DNA of 64,000 bases from Marispirochaeta sp. (lineage in GTDB: Bacteria > Spirochaetota > Spirochaetia > JC444 > Marispirochaetaceae), in the NCBI GenBank assembly GCA_963676835.2, contig CAXXFF010000004.1:256001-320000 (forward strand). Reading direction: 5' to 3'. A program made the translations under genes and the position numbers. The number at the start of each line of letters is the position of its first letter. Positions within the stretch are counted from its first letter, which is position 1. Shown here piece after piece: positions 1 through 9,942 of the stretch. The notes below the pieces were generated by a model. That model was given only the letters and a program-made list of their open reading frames with translations. It did not search any database and was not told the origin of the DNA.

Positions 1-107
1 CCGGGAATCGCGCCGAAAATAATACCGACCACAACACCCAATGCTATAAGGAATATGGTTTTTACTGTCAAAATCGCAGAAAAACCAACAATAAACATAT
101 CAAACAT
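1..107 (-). CDS. tctA: Tripartite tricarboxylate transporter permease TctA (5' part, runs off window)
   Basis: Manual translation MFDMFIVGFSAILTVKTIFLIALGVVVGIIFGAIPG, typical TctA N-terminus; AGGAGG RBS upstream; follows tctC-tctB. Confidence 0.8.
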   Translation of the reverse strand, partial: MFDMFIVGFSAILTVKTIFLIALGVVVGIIFGAIP

Positions 108-118
108 CGCAGCACCTC

Positions 119-604
119 CTATCCAAGAAATCCAGCGGGTAAGCGCAGCTGAAAAGCATACACAAAAACAAAGTACACCACGACCGACATAGCTGTAGCT
201 GAAATTATCATTGCCGGAAAATTGCGTTCATCTTTGTGCATCAAAATAAAAAACTGTGCAAAGAGATACAAAGCAGTCATAATCATAAAGCCGACGGATT
301 CAAGAAAAAGAATATATACAAACATTGCGATCAGGGTGGCAACCACAGCCCGGACACGAACATTTTCAGAGGGTTTTCCCCCATTTATTTCTTGTGTTTC
401 TTTTAAAAGCTTAAGGTTCTGTATCCCATTTATCAGGATAATAATTCCAAGAACTCCCAGTGAAATAGCAACAATCTGCGGAACAAAAGCCGGACCGATT
501 TTTGATACGGTTAGCCTTTTAAAGGTGAAGCTGGTCAACATAATTGCCAAAGAGACGAGAATAATAACGCTCCCTGAAATTATGTCTCCGTATTTCTTTA
601 TCAT
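119..604 (-). CDS. tctB: Tripartite tricarboxylate transporter small subunit TctB
   Basis: About 4 TM helices, GPAFVP motif, C-terminal LPAG; between tctC and tctA. Confidence 0.85.
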   Translation of the reverse strand: MIKKYGDIISGSVIILVSLAIMLTSFTFKRLTVSKIGPAFVPQIVAISLGVLGIIILINGIQNLKLLKETQEINGGKPSENVRVRAVVATLIAMFVYILFLESVGFMIMTALYLFAQFFILMHKDERNFPAMIISATAMSVVVYFVFVYAFQLRLPAGFLG

Positions 605-629
605 ATCTATCTTCCTATGGATAAAACAC

Positions 630-651
630 CGCGCACCATTATTGGTGCGCG
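630..651 (-). terminator. Intergenic stem-loop after tctC (mRNA stabiliser/attenuator)
   Basis: CGCGCACCA-ttat-TGGTGCGCG perfect 9-bp stem. Confidence 0.55.
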
Positions 652-679
652 ATCAGAATAATTCAGTACGGAAAGACTG

Positions 680-1657
680 TTACTGCATGCTTTTAAAAGT
701 CTCGGTAAACAGGTCTTTGATCTTTTTGAATTCAGCCTTACCTTCATCTGCGTCCATAAAGAAAGGTGCCTGAAGATAAGCCTTTTTGATTTCTTCCGCA
801 TATGCGTCGTTTGTAGTGACAATTTTCTCTACAGCTGCAGACAGCGTGTCGAGCACTTCCTGGGGAGTCCCTTTGGGAAGGAAGAAGGTATACATCATCG
901 GTACTACAATATCGTATCCCTGCTCTTTAGCAGTGGGGAGATCAGGAATCAAAGGGTTACGCTCATTCAGCAATAACGCAAGAGGCTTCATATCGCCGGA
1001 CTGAATAAAAGGCAGGATACTGCCATATGCATTGGGAATCAGATCAAGCTGTCCGCCGGCAAGAGCAGCACGCCGGTTAGCTCCGCCGCCCACATCAATA
1101 ATATTAAGATTAGCTCCTGCATTCTTCAGGAGGGTAGTCTCCATCTGAGTAAGAGAACCAACGGTACCGGCAGCTTTCAGTTTATTGCTTTTGCTGTATT
1201 CAACAAGTTCATCAAGCGTATTATAGGGAGCATCGGCAGCTACAGTAAGAACATCCGCATTAACTGCACCCACACACGCCATCTCAAAGTCTTCGAAACC
1301 AAAATCAACAACACCAGAAACTTCAGTCATAATCATATTGGTGTGGTTAAGCAGAATAGTATATCCATCAGGATCAGAATCTTTAACTTTTCTCGACGCA
1401 ATGGTTCCGCCGCTTCCGGCAATGTTGGTAACAGCAAAGGGAACGCCAAGCTCTTTTTCAAGATACTTTGCGAAGGTTCTTGTGTTAAAATCAGTATCTC
1501 CACCCGCACCATAAGGGACGACCAGTGTCACAGACTTTGCAGGCCAGGCTTTTTCTCCGCCACCTTCCTTGGAACCTTCTGCCCATCCTGTCATCGCAAG
1601 ACCGATAACCATCAGAAGAACAACCATCACAGACACGATTCTTTGTTTTTTCTTCAT
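680..1657 (-). CDS. tctC: Tripartite tricarboxylate transporter substrate-binding protein TctC (Bug family)
   Basis: Signal peptide, WPAKSVTLVVPYGAGGDTD, NIAGSGG, PDGYT, PDLPTAKEQG motifs; start set at MKKKQ with GGAG RBS. Confidence 0.9.
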   Translation of the reverse strand: MKKKQRIVSVMVVLLMVIGLAMTGWAEGSKEGGGEKAWPAKSVTLVVPYGAGGDTDFNTRTFAKYLEKELGVPFAVTNIAGSGGTIASRKVKDSDPDGYTILLNHTNMIMTEVSGVVDFGFEDFEMACVGAVNADVLTVAADAPYNTLDELVEYSKSNKLKAAGTVGSLTQMETTLLKNAGANLNIIDVGGGANRRAALAGGQLDLIPNAYGSILPFIQSGDMKPLALLLNERNPLIPDLPTAKEQGYDIVVPMMYTFFLPKGTPQEVLDTLSAAVEKIVTTNDAYAEEIKKAYLQAPFFMDADEGKAEFKKIKDLFTETFKSMQ

Positions 1658-1725
1658 GCTACACTCCTTATTTTTTATCTGCATACGCAGATATTTCCTT
1701 ATTTATCCCCGATGCGGGGCTTGCA

Positions 1726-2601
1726 TCATCGATATAACTTGAAAGCGGCCTCGAGGGCTGTATCTATTTTTTTATTGGCACCCGCCACCGGTCCCCGTGC
1801 AGGACCTACGGGATATCCCAGCAGATTCATAGCCCGTTTGACCACGGAATTGGGATTCCCCATGGCCATTACATCCCTGAAAGGACGCAGTCTGATCTGC
1901 AGTTCCATCGCTTCGTCCACTTTCCCCTCTTTCCAGAGATTGTAGACACCAATTGAAAGCTCCGGAAAAACATTGGCGGTACCGGCAATAGCCCCTTTTC
2001 CGCCGGCCAGGAGGGTCCAGAGAATCAGTGAATCATTGCCAGCCAGAACTGCAAGCCTGGGGTCGGTATCCTCAACATAGCGCAGGGTGTTGTCAAAATT
2101 GCCGCTGGAATCTTTTACACCAACTATATTCTGAAACTCGCTGAGCCTTTTTACGGTTGTATAGTGGATATTGTTTCCGGTACGGCCGGGTATGTTGTAG
2201 ATAATAATTGGAAGATCCGTAGACTTTGCAACTTCGCTGAAATGATAGTAGATATCATCCTGAGTAACTGCCACATAGTATGGAGATACAACAGAAAGCG
2301 CATCTACACCAATCTTTTTTGCCTGTTCCGACAACCAGATAGTCTCCCTGGTGCTGATACATCCGGTACCTGCATACACAGGAACTCTGCCTGCGGTTTC
2401 ATCAACACATATTTTAAGGATATCAAGCTTTTCTTGAGTTGTAAGCGCGTAGAACTCACCATTCGTACCTAACGGGAACAGGCCTGCAATACCTGCATCG
2501 ATCAATCTGTTGATCTGAACACGAAACTCCTTCTCGTTTACAGATTCATCATTATGCATGGGAGTAATAATCGGTGATATAATTCCTTCAGGTTTCAGCA
2601 T
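1726..2601 (-). CDS. DapA/DHDPS-family aldolase or lyase (probably catabolic)
   Basis: GTNGE, YNIPGRTG, GVKDSSG motifs; sugar-acid context. Confidence 0.88.
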   Translation of the reverse strand: MLKPEGIISPIITPMHNDESVNEKEFRVQINRLIDAGIAGLFPLGTNGEFYALTTQEKLDILKICVDETAGRVPVYAGTGCISTRETIWLSEQAKKIGVDALSVVSPYYVAVTQDDIYYHFSEVAKSTDLPIIIYNIPGRTGNNIHYTTVKRLSEFQNIVGVKDSSGNFDNTLRYVEDTDPRLAVLAGNDSLILWTLLAGGKGAIAGTANVFPELSIGVYNLWKEGKVDEAMELQIRLRPFRDVMAMGNPNSVVKRAMNLLGYPVGPARGPVAGANKKIDTALEAAFKLYR

Positions 2602-2642
2602 TTTTTTCTCCTTCCTTATTTAGGTGTAAACAGATTCCTTAT

Positions 2643-3620
2643 TCAGTTTTTCTTCCAGCGGGGATGATCGTAAGCCTGGGGATTAACCACATGAGGCCAG
2701 CGCACACCGGCGATTACCGCCATTACCCCCTCAGCACAGCGGCTGGCCATACGCGAAACAGCTTCCTGCGTCTGTGCCGCCATATGGGGTGTTACAATTA
2801 CGTTATCAAGGGTAAACAGACGGTTATCAGCGGCGGGCGGCTCGGTATTAAAGACATCCAGGGCGGCTCCGGCAATTTCCCCTGAAGAGAGTGCCTCATA
2901 TAATGCATCCTCATCCACGATGCCGCCCCTGGAACAGTTAACCAGAAGAGCACTGGTCTTCATAAGATCAAGCTCCTGCTTTCCGATCATATTCCTGGTT
3001 GAATCAAGAAGAGGTACATGTATGGATACAATATCTGAGTCTTTCAAAAGATCACTAAGATTAGAAACCGGGATGTATCCCAATGCTTTAATATCTTCCG
3101 GGGGAATTACCGAATCATAAACTGAAACAGTCATACCCAGTCCTGAAGCAAGCCGGGCGGTCTCTTTCCCGATATTACCCAGGCCGACCAGCCCCAACTG
3201 TTTTTTATCCAGCTCAAAGGCCTTATAGCGGTTTCGGGCCTGAAAGTTTCCCTTTCTCAATTCCCGGTCGCAAAAAAGGATATCCTTGGAAAACATCATC
3301 ATCATGGCTACTGCGTGTTCGGCAACCGAGAGGGTATTGGCGCCGGGGGTAACCACAACAAGAATACCCGCTTCGGTAGCGGCATCCATATCAATATTGT
3401 CATACCCGACACCGGGCCTGCCGATAACTTTCAGCTGCGGTGAAGCCTCAATCACTTTTCTGTCAATGGTACCGATCCGAATAATCAGCCCGTCCTGGTC
3501 CTTTATCTCGTCGGCAGTCACTTCCGGCGTTTTCTTATCCAGATTTACAAGAAAACCGTCTTTTTCTATAACAGCGATTCCGTCGTCATGAAGCTTCTGT
3601 GTTACAGCAACTTTAACCAT
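2643..3620 (-). CDS. D-isomer-specific 2-hydroxyacid dehydrogenase (SerA-like)
   Basis: GVGYDNID, GLGNIG, HVPLLDSTRNMI, NCSRGGIVDE, TPHMAA motifs; start could also be TTG 3635. Confidence 0.88.
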   Translation of the reverse strand: MVKVAVTQKLHDDGIAVIEKDGFLVNLDKKTPEVTADEIKDQDGLIIRIGTIDRKVIEASPQLKVIGRPGVGYDNIDMDAATEAGILVVVTPGANTLSVAEHAVAMMMMFSKDILFCDRELRKGNFQARNRYKAFELDKKQLGLVGLGNIGKETARLASGLGMTVSVYDSVIPPEDIKALGYIPVSNLSDLLKDSDIVSIHVPLLDSTRNMIGKQELDLMKTSALLVNCSRGGIVDEDALYEALSSGEIAGAALDVFNTEPPAADNRLFTLDNVIVTPHMAAQTQEAVSRMASRCAEGVMAVIAGVRWPHVVNPQAYDHPRWKKN

Positions 3621-3984
3621 CTTTACGTCCGCCAATAATGGTATTCACACGATCAATCAGACCACACTCAAAGCCGGGCTTGCGCCAATCTGCCGAGGTT
3701 TTATCCGCGGCACTGATCTGTGTTATGTATTCGATCTCTTTAAAAGAATGTCTCATATGGTAACGTTTACATATTTTAACAGCAGAGTCCGCTTTTGCAT
3801 AACTAGTTTTTGAATCCGCAAAAATTGATGATAGTGACACAGGAAACAAATCAATAGCAGCATATTCGACGGTTTTCATCCCTTTCAGATCAGAAAACAT
3901 AGTTCTACCTACGTTCTTTGCCTCTACTCTCCAGTACCCGGCTTCAACAAACTCTTCTTCTTTGAAACAAACACTGATTTCCAT
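3613..3984 (-). CDS. Hypothetical protein (123 aa), possibly leaderless
   Basis: ATG lies at the predicted sigma-54 +1 and the stop overlaps the downstream dehydrogenase start; no family recognised. Confidence 0.35.
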   Translation of the reverse strand: MEISVCFKEEEFVEAGYWRVEAKNVGRTMFSDLKGMKTVEYAAIDLFPVSLSSIFADSKTSYAKADSAVKICKRYHMRHSFKEIEYITQISAADKTSADWRKPGFECGLIDRVNTIIGGRKDG

Positions 3985-3996
3985 ATATGCATAAAA

Positions 3997-4011
3997 GCAA
4001 ATAGCATGCCA
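3997..4011 (-). promoter_or_regulatory. Sigma-54 -24/-12 promoter
   Basis: Minus strand TGGCATGCTATTTGC = GG-N10-GC consensus. Confidence 0.75.
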
Positions 4012-4216
4012 AACATGGTAACGTTTCCACCTCGCTTCACTTTTTCGTATAATAAATTCGGACAAGAAGAATACAGAATTAACAAGTTACTTTTATTTCT
4101 TTATTTACAATAGATTTACGCAGACAACAGAGAAAGCGGAAAACCAATAAATATATAAATATTTTATTATTCATCCCGATTTTTCAACAAATATCCCAGC
4201 TGACATGGCATAAAAA

Positions 4217-4253
4217 TGGCGAATATTTCGCCACCATGGTAGAATTATCTCCA
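4217..4253. promoter_or_regulatory. Tandem palindromic upstream activator sites (enhancer-binding protein)
   Basis: TGGCGA-atatt-TCGCCA and TGGTAG-aatta-TCTCCA, 20 bp apart; same architecture at 8217-8253. Confidence 0.55.
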
Positions 4254-4283
4254 CATGAGAATCTTCCGTTCAAAACAGGTAGA

Positions 4284-4311
4284 AAAAAACAGGACCGCTG
4301 CTGCGGCCCTG
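4284..4311 (-). terminator. Rho-independent terminator downstream of the iron-containing ADH
   Basis: Minus strand CAGGGCCGC-agca-GCGGTCCTG followed by a T run. Confidence 0.6.
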
Positions 4312-4389
4312 CTTTACAGTTCATTTCTTTTGTTCAGACGGACTAAAGGCTTACAGAAGTGTCCATGCTGAAATTATATCCGTTCCTAC

Positions 4390-5541
4390 CTACTTTATTC
4401 TCTCATACAGAGCCTTAATATCCTGAAGACTGATTGCTTTGGGGTTATTATTCAGAAGCCTCTTCACCTGAAATGCAGCTTCGGACAGCTCCGGAATCGC
4501 ATCGGGCTTGATTCCGAACTCGGTCATACTGGTGGGAATCTGAATCTCATCGATCATCTGACGCAGATGGGCAATATAGGCATCGACTGAATCCACACCG
4601 CAAACTGATGCGGCTTTTATCAGCTTGTCCTGAATGGCGTCTTTGTTAAAATCCATTACCGGAACCAGCAGAATAGCATTGGAAACGCCGTGGGGAATGC
4701 GGTAGCGACCGCCCAGGGGATAGGAGAGTGCATGAACAGCGGTTGTTCCCGAAGAGGCAATGGCCATACCGCCATAGAAAGACCCCAACAGCATGTCTGC
4801 CCGGGCCTTCATATTGTCACCGTTTTTCACAGCATCCCGTATAGCACAGTCTATAAGGCGGATGCCCTCAAGGGCAATTACATCACTGTATGGATTTGCC
4901 TTATTTGATGTGTAGCATTCAATACAATGACAGTAGGCATCCACACCGGTGGATGCCGTCAGCTTCGGAGGCAGAGACCTGGTCATCAGTGGATCGAGAA
5001 TAACAAAATCAGGCACAAAATAGGGGCTTACAACACCCACCTTCATCTGCTGCTCTTTCAGGGCCACAATGGAATTGGGTGTTGCCTCCGCACCGGTACC
5101 TGCAGTGGTGGGAACCATTACGCAGGTAATTCCCGGTCCGGGAGAGCCTGATTCCATGAGCGTCGCAATCGACCCACCCCACTTGAGCAGAATTGAAAGG
5201 AATTTGGCAGTATCCAGAACACTGCCGCCGCCGACGGCCACAATGGCCTGGATATTTCTGCTGCCGAGCCCGGATGCCAGGGATTCAATGTCCTCAGAAT
5301 AGGGCTCCTGAGGCACCGTATCTATAAGATCAACGGTAAAACCGTCGGATTCAATGGCTGAGGCTATTCCCTGAGGGATTCCGGATCCGCCGATGCCTTT
5401 GTCGGTAAGAACAAGGATCGTGCCTTTTTTCAGAGCATCAGACTGAGATCCCAGGATTTCGCCGATTCTGGAAGCTTCTCCCTCACCGAAATAGACGCTC
5501 CGGGGAGCAAGAAACGAAAAGTTCTTCAGTACACTCATCAC
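4390..5541 (-). CDS. Iron-containing alcohol dehydrogenase
   Basis: GGGSVLDTAK, PTTAGTGAEAT, DAYCHCIE, HALSY, HGVSNA motifs. Confidence 0.92.
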   Translation of the reverse strand: MMSVLKNFSFLAPRSVYFGEGEASRIGEILGSQSDALKKGTILVLTDKGIGGSGIPQGIASAIESDGFTVDLIDTVPQEPYSEDIESLASGLGSRNIQAIVAVGGGSVLDTAKFLSILLKWGGSIATLMESGSPGPGITCVMVPTTAGTGAEATPNSIVALKEQQMKVGVVSPYFVPDFVILDPLMTRSLPPKLTASTGVDAYCHCIECYTSNKANPYSDVIALEGIRLIDCAIRDAVKNGDNMKARADMLLGSFYGGMAIASSGTTAVHALSYPLGGRYRIPHGVSNAILLVPVMDFNKDAIQDKLIKAASVCGVDSVDAYIAHLRQMIDEIQIPTSMTEFGIKPDAIPELSEAAFQVKRLLNNNPKAISLQDIKALYERIK

Positions 5542-6560
5542 ACCATCCTCACGCCGTACTCGATAGCCTGCAGCATACTTTCCGGGTTCGCACGGCCTTC
5601 ACCGGCTTTTCCGAAGGCAGTTCCGTGATCCACGGAAGAACGGATTATCGGCAGCCCCAGGGTTATATTCACGCCGCTCATGGAGAGCCAGGTGTTGGTG
5701 GCGCGATCGTAGTTGAATCCCGCCAGCTTGGTGGGGATGTGTCCCTGATCATGGTACTGCACCACAACAATGTCAAACTGTCCGCCTTTCATCTTGGAGA
5801 AAACCGTATCCGGAGGAAGCGGCCCCTCAACGGTCATCCCTTCCGATACTGCCTGTTCAATTGCCGGGATAATTTCATCAAACTCTTCCCGGCCGAACAT
5901 GCCGTTTTCTCCCGCATGGGGGTTAAGGCCTGCCACAGCAATCCGGGGCTTTTTTATGCCGAGCTTCTTCAGGGCATCGTCAGCGAGTTTAATCACCCTG
6001 TAGATCCGATCCTTCTTACAGCGGTTGATCGCCTCCTGAAGGGAAACATGGGTGGAGACATGAACAACCCGAAAATCCCCTTCTGCCAGCATCATGGCGT
6101 AATCTTTGGTGCCGGTTTTTTTTGCATAGATTTCCGTATGCCCCGCCTCATGAACCCCGGCCGCGTTGATGGCTTCCTTGTTTATGGGACCGGTGATGGT
6201 GGCATCAATCTCTTTAGCCATGGCAAGTTCTATAACCTTCTCGATGTATTCATAACTTGCTTTACCGGTCATGGCTGCAACGGTCTTATATTTGAGCTGG
6301 CTCATATCGACATTCTTCATATCAAGGACATCAATAGTGCCAAACTCATACTTGCCCTCCGCCGGGGATGACACCGCATTGGTCTCAAGGGAAAGCCCTG
6401 AAAACTCTATTGCGGCCTTCATTACCTTAAGATCACATACGGCCAAGGGCCTGCAGATATCGTATACATGTTTTTCATTCAACGCCTTGGCGGTTATCTC
6501 GGGCCCTATTCCGGCCGGATCGCCTACACTGATACCCAAAATTGGAAGTTTATTACTCAC
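5538..6560 (-). CDS. pdxA: PdxA-family dehydrogenase (PdxA2, D-threonate/erythronate-4-phosphate type by context)
   Basis: GDPAGIGPE, GHTE, GLNPHAGE, YHDQG, RSSVDHGTA motifs; adjacent to a four-carbon acid sugar kinase. Confidence 0.92.
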   Translation of the reverse strand: MSNKLPILGISVGDPAGIGPEITAKALNEKHVYDICRPLAVCDLKVMKAAIEFSGLSLETNAVSSPAEGKYEFGTIDVLDMKNVDMSQLKYKTVAAMTGKASYEYIEKVIELAMAKEIDATITGPINKEAINAAGVHEAGHTEIYAKKTGTKDYAMMLAEGDFRVVHVSTHVSLQEAINRCKKDRIYRVIKLADDALKKLGIKKPRIAVAGLNPHAGENGMFGREEFDEIIPAIEQAVSEGMTVEGPLPPDTVFSKMKGGQFDIVVVQYHDQGHIPTKLAGFNYDRATNTWLSMSGVNITLGLPIIRSSVDHGTAFGKAGEGRANPESMLQAIEYGVRMV

Positions 6561-6689
6561 ATATCTCTCCTTGAAGAATGATTTATTATTGAAGTTGAAA
6601 GCAGCTGTGATATTTACACGCTGCAGGATATTTCCTCTGTTCAGACTATCACAGAACAGGGCCCCTTTCCCCTACCCTATCGACCCCTA

Positions 6690-7985
6690 TCAAGACGATT
6701 TCCCTGTGGTAAGATATTCAAATATCTCAACCAGGGTAGTGTCGGTACCGAAGCCTCCGGCTTTGGACACAAGATACACTGGTTTATCTGAATAAGAAGT
6801 TAAAAAGCGGCCGAGGGGTATGCCCGGAAGAACTTCCGTCAAAAGCTCGATTCCCTTTAACCCCAGAGCCTCGGCAGTGCGGGCGGCAGTATCTCCACCG
6901 GTAACAAAAAGCGCTCTTATATCCCTGACTTTAAATACCTCGGTTACAAGTTTGCCGAGAAACCCGGAAACTACTCGCCCGAGCTCTTTCTCATCCAACC
7001 CATTTTCCCGGGCTATCGTCAGGGTTTTAGCCATCTCCCCCGGATCATTACGGGTCTCTATCAATATTGCATAATCAGCAGGAACCTGTTCCAGCATAAG
7101 AGATAGACGCTTCAATTCCCAGCCCCTGTCCTCCAGCAATCCCGGAATAGCAACTGTAATACATGCAGTTTTACTTTGATCTTTCAGGTATTCAACCTGC
7201 CGTTTGCTTGTTTCTGTCACACTGCCAACAAGAAAAAGCAGCTCACCCGGATTCACTCCACGAACATCCTCTAATCGTGATGTACCGGCTTCACCCCCGG
7301 TCATTGCTTCTGCAAGACCCGAAGCACCAACAAAGAGAATGGAATCGTCATCTTTAACAGAAGCAATAATGCGGAGGTCATCAATACTCTCTGCATCAGC
7401 AACTATTACCCGGCAGCCTTTTCCGAGCAGATCCTGCATACCCTGCAAAAAATCTTCCGGGCCCTTTCTAATACGCGACAGTTCAATATGCCCTACTTCC
7501 CCGGGAAAGCGGGATTCAAACAAAGCCGGAACAAACGAGTCTTTGACGGGAGTAAACACATCTGCATTCCGCCCCGATGAACCTACAGAATGACCGTCGA
7601 TGAGGCAGTGCCCGGAGACAACAGTTCTGTGATTTCTGGGTGCAGATGGAGCAACAACGGCACATGAATATCCGGCTTCATCCATCATTCCTGCAACTTC
7701 ATCCGCAATGTTTCCACGAAGAGTAGAATCAATTTTTTTGAAGAAATACCTGGCGCCGAATTCCCGGCATTTCCGCACTGCTTCACGCACTGCCCTGTAG
7801 CTCTCGTCACCATCCATAAAGCGCGATTCCGTACTGACAACCAGGACATTGCAGGATTCCAGATCTGTTCCAGCCTCCCAACCTTCTATACCAAGGAAAG
7901 CGTTAAAACCATTGCGCCGAAACTGTATAGCCGAGTCTCCTGCGCCGGTAAAATCATCTGCAATAATACACAAGTCGAATGCCAT
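6690..7985 (-). CDS. Four-carbon acid sugar kinase (DUF1537/DtnK family)
   Basis: ADDFTGAGD, KKIDSTLRGN, TGGDTA, KAGGFG motifs. Confidence 0.9.
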   Translation of the reverse strand: MAFDLCIIADDFTGAGDSAIQFRRNGFNAFLGIEGWEAGTDLESCNVLVVSTESRFMDGDESYRAVREAVRKCREFGARYFFKKIDSTLRGNIADEVAGMMDEAGYSCAVVAPSAPRNHRTVVSGHCLIDGHSVGSSGRNADVFTPVKDSFVPALFESRFPGEVGHIELSRIRKGPEDFLQGMQDLLGKGCRVIVADAESIDDLRIIASVKDDDSILFVGASGLAEAMTGGEAGTSRLEDVRGVNPGELLFLVGSVTETSKRQVEYLKDQSKTACITVAIPGLLEDRGWELKRLSLMLEQVPADYAILIETRNDPGEMAKTLTIARENGLDEKELGRVVSGFLGKLVTEVFKVRDIRALFVTGGDTAARTAEALGLKGIELLTEVLPGIPLGRFLTSYSDKPVYLVSKAGGFGTDTTLVEIFEYLTTGKSS

Positions 7986-7998
7986 GCTAATTAACAAA

Positions 7999-8013
7999 GC
8001 AAAAATGGTGCCA
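7999..8013 (-). promoter_or_regulatory. Sigma-54 -24/-12 promoter
   Basis: Minus strand TGGCACCATTTTTGC, near-perfect consensus. Confidence 0.8.
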
Positions 8014-8216
8014 AACTTCCAGTCCCGGCGAAATAGAGATAAAAATCTTTCTATTTTGTCCGAAACGATATTACCCGACAGACAAGATAGATATTATTTT
8101 GTTTTATAGTAACAAGTTATGCAGGTTTTATTCAAAGATGAGAATACAATCAAATTGAATTTTAAAATCCTGCAGCGAAAGAACCATATAGAGATAAACG
8201 GTAAAAACACGATAGA

Positions 8217-8253
8217 TAGTGATTTTCACTCCATAATGGTGATTTTCTCACCA
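8217..8253. promoter_or_regulatory. Tandem palindromic upstream activator sites
   Basis: TAGTGA-ttttc-ACTCCA and TGGTGA-ttttc-TCACCA, 20 bp apart; matches 4217-4253. Confidence 0.55.
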
Positions 8254-8254
8254 C

Positions 8255-9409
8255 CTAATTTTCGTCAGCAACCTGCTTTGCCCGTTCCAGCAGTCCGGAA
8301 CCTGCAAGGCTGGTACAATTACGACCGTTCTTTTTTGACCGGTACAGGGCGGAATCTGCAAGATGCACCAGTTCTTCCCGGGTCATCTCTTTTTCACCGG
8401 TGTAAGTTGAACATCCAAGACTGGCTGTGACCCGCAGGGTTTCACCGTTAAAGCTGCAGGCATGATCCTGAATCTGCTTTCGCAGCCGCTCGGCTATGGT
8501 AAAGGCTTCACAGCCCCGTGCAGCATGAAGCATAATCATAAACTCTTCACCACCGAAACGGGCAGCTACATCTCCTTCGCGTACCGAGTCGGCGATAATT
8601 TTTGCAATATTCTTGAGAATAACATCCCCGGCCAGATGGCCGTACCGGTCATTAAGATGTTTGAAATGATCAAGATCGACCATGATAATGCTGAACGCAC
8701 CACCGTAACGGCGGATCCTGCCGATCTGTTCATCAATCTCCGACTGAATAAAAGAGGTGTTGAACAGGCGGGTTTTGGAGTCTGTTACAGAAGAGTTGTA
8801 ATGGATACTGTTCTGAATAGCTATGGAAGCAAAGCCCATCAGGCGGTCGACATAGGCAAGTTCTGCCATGGTGTATTCATCGCCCATCAGTTTTGAAGAA
8901 AGCACCACCAGGCCATAGAGGGAGGAGTGCCCCTTTACAGGGATAACAAGCTCCGGTTCCATGGGCTCAAGATCCATCAGAGCCACTTCATTTGCAAGTC
9001 CATCCTTAAGGCTTTTAAAGCGGGTCAGCCCCTGAGTGCGGGAGAAAAAATCATCAAATGGATCAAGGTCTATAAGCCTGATATCCGGAGGCATTTCGTG
9101 CATATTCTGAAAGGAGAGCACCCGTACCTCCTCGCCTGCATCCAGAGAATACAAAAAGGTAAGCTGCCTTGGAATAAAGCGGTTTACCAGAAATCCTGCA
9201 CAGGCACGGGCTATTTCGGGAATCTCTGTCTGGGAACAGAGGACAGCCGCCTCCCCTAAAAGCTCATTCCGCTCAACCAGCTGCGATTTAAGACGGTCAA
9301 TCTCCTTCAGGACACCCAGGTTTTCCAGTAAGGTATAATTCTTAAGAATCTCCGGATTGCTGCTTGAAAAAGAGTCTTCCGGCTGTTCAATATTTATCAG
9401 GTCTGACAT
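8255..9409 (-). CDS. Diguanylate cyclase (N-terminal GAF-like region + GGDEF)
   Basis: DLDHFKHLNDRYGHLAGD, REGD I-site, RFGGEEF, ADSALYRSKKNGRN. Confidence 0.92.
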   Translation of the reverse strand: MSDLINIEQPEDSFSSSNPEILKNYTLLENLGVLKEIDRLKSQLVERNELLGEAAVLCSQTEIPEIARACAGFLVNRFIPRQLTFLYSLDAGEEVRVLSFQNMHEMPPDIRLIDLDPFDDFFSRTQGLTRFKSLKDGLANEVALMDLEPMEPELVIPVKGHSSLYGLVVLSSKLMGDEYTMAELAYVDRLMGFASIAIQNSIHYNSSVTDSKTRLFNTSFIQSEIDEQIGRIRRYGGAFSIIMVDLDHFKHLNDRYGHLAGDVILKNIAKIIADSVREGDVAARFGGEEFMIMLHAARGCEAFTIAERLRKQIQDHACSFNGETLRVTASLGCSTYTGEKEMTREELVHLADSALYRSKKNGRNCTSLAGSGLLERAKQVADEN

Positions 9410-9520
9410 CTAAGCGTATAGTACAGGAGAAGATAGGCGAAAACAAGTCTGAAAAATATTCTTCTCCCCCCCCCCGGAGGGAAAAGGTGTATACTTGGAT
9501 GTACACGGAGGTTTAACAGG

Positions 9521-9928
9521 ATGGAGCTTTTTCAGGTTAATCTTTTTGCAATTCTCCTTGCGGTGGTCTACAACATTGTTGTGGGCAGTCTCTGGTACAG
9601 TCCCCTGCTTTTCGGTAACCGCTGGATGGAACTGCTGGATATTAAAAAGGACGAGACCCAGGGCGGGATGACACCTTCCATAATTCTCGGAGCCCTCGGA
9701 GTCGGCTTTGTAGAAGCCTTCGGATTCGCCCTGCTGCAGAATTTCATAGGAACCAGCGGCTTTTTCGGCGGCCTTTTTGTCGGATTGTTCGCCTGGATTG
9801 CCTTTGTCGTTCCCCCGGCTTTCAACCATGTCTTATACGAAAAGCAGCCCAGAACGCTTTTTATGATTAATGCCGGCAACAACCTGGCAACCTTTGCCGG
9901 AATGTCCCTGATAATCGGAATACTTTAA
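9521..9928 (+). CDS. DUF1761-like membrane protein
   Basis: GSLWYSPLLFGNRW motif, 4 TM segments. Confidence 0.75.
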   Translation: MELFQVNLFAILLAVVYNIVVGSLWYSPLLFGNRWMELLDIKKDETQGGMTPSIILGALGVGFVEAFGFALLQNFIGTSGFFGGLFVGLFAWIAFVVPPAFNHVLYEKQPRTLFMINAGNNLATFAGMSLIIGIL

Positions 9929-9942
9929 CCACAATCTTATAC

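Noticed and set aside
4206..4220. Plus-strand sigma-54-like TGGCATAAAAATGGC
   Set aside because: Non-consensus -12 box, no downstream plus-strand gene, and it overlaps the better-supported enhancer palindrome.
1726..6560. Housekeeping dapA, serA and vitamin B6 pdxA assignments
   Set aside because: Context (acid sugar kinase, TTT transporter, sigma-54 control) indicates catabolic paralogues.
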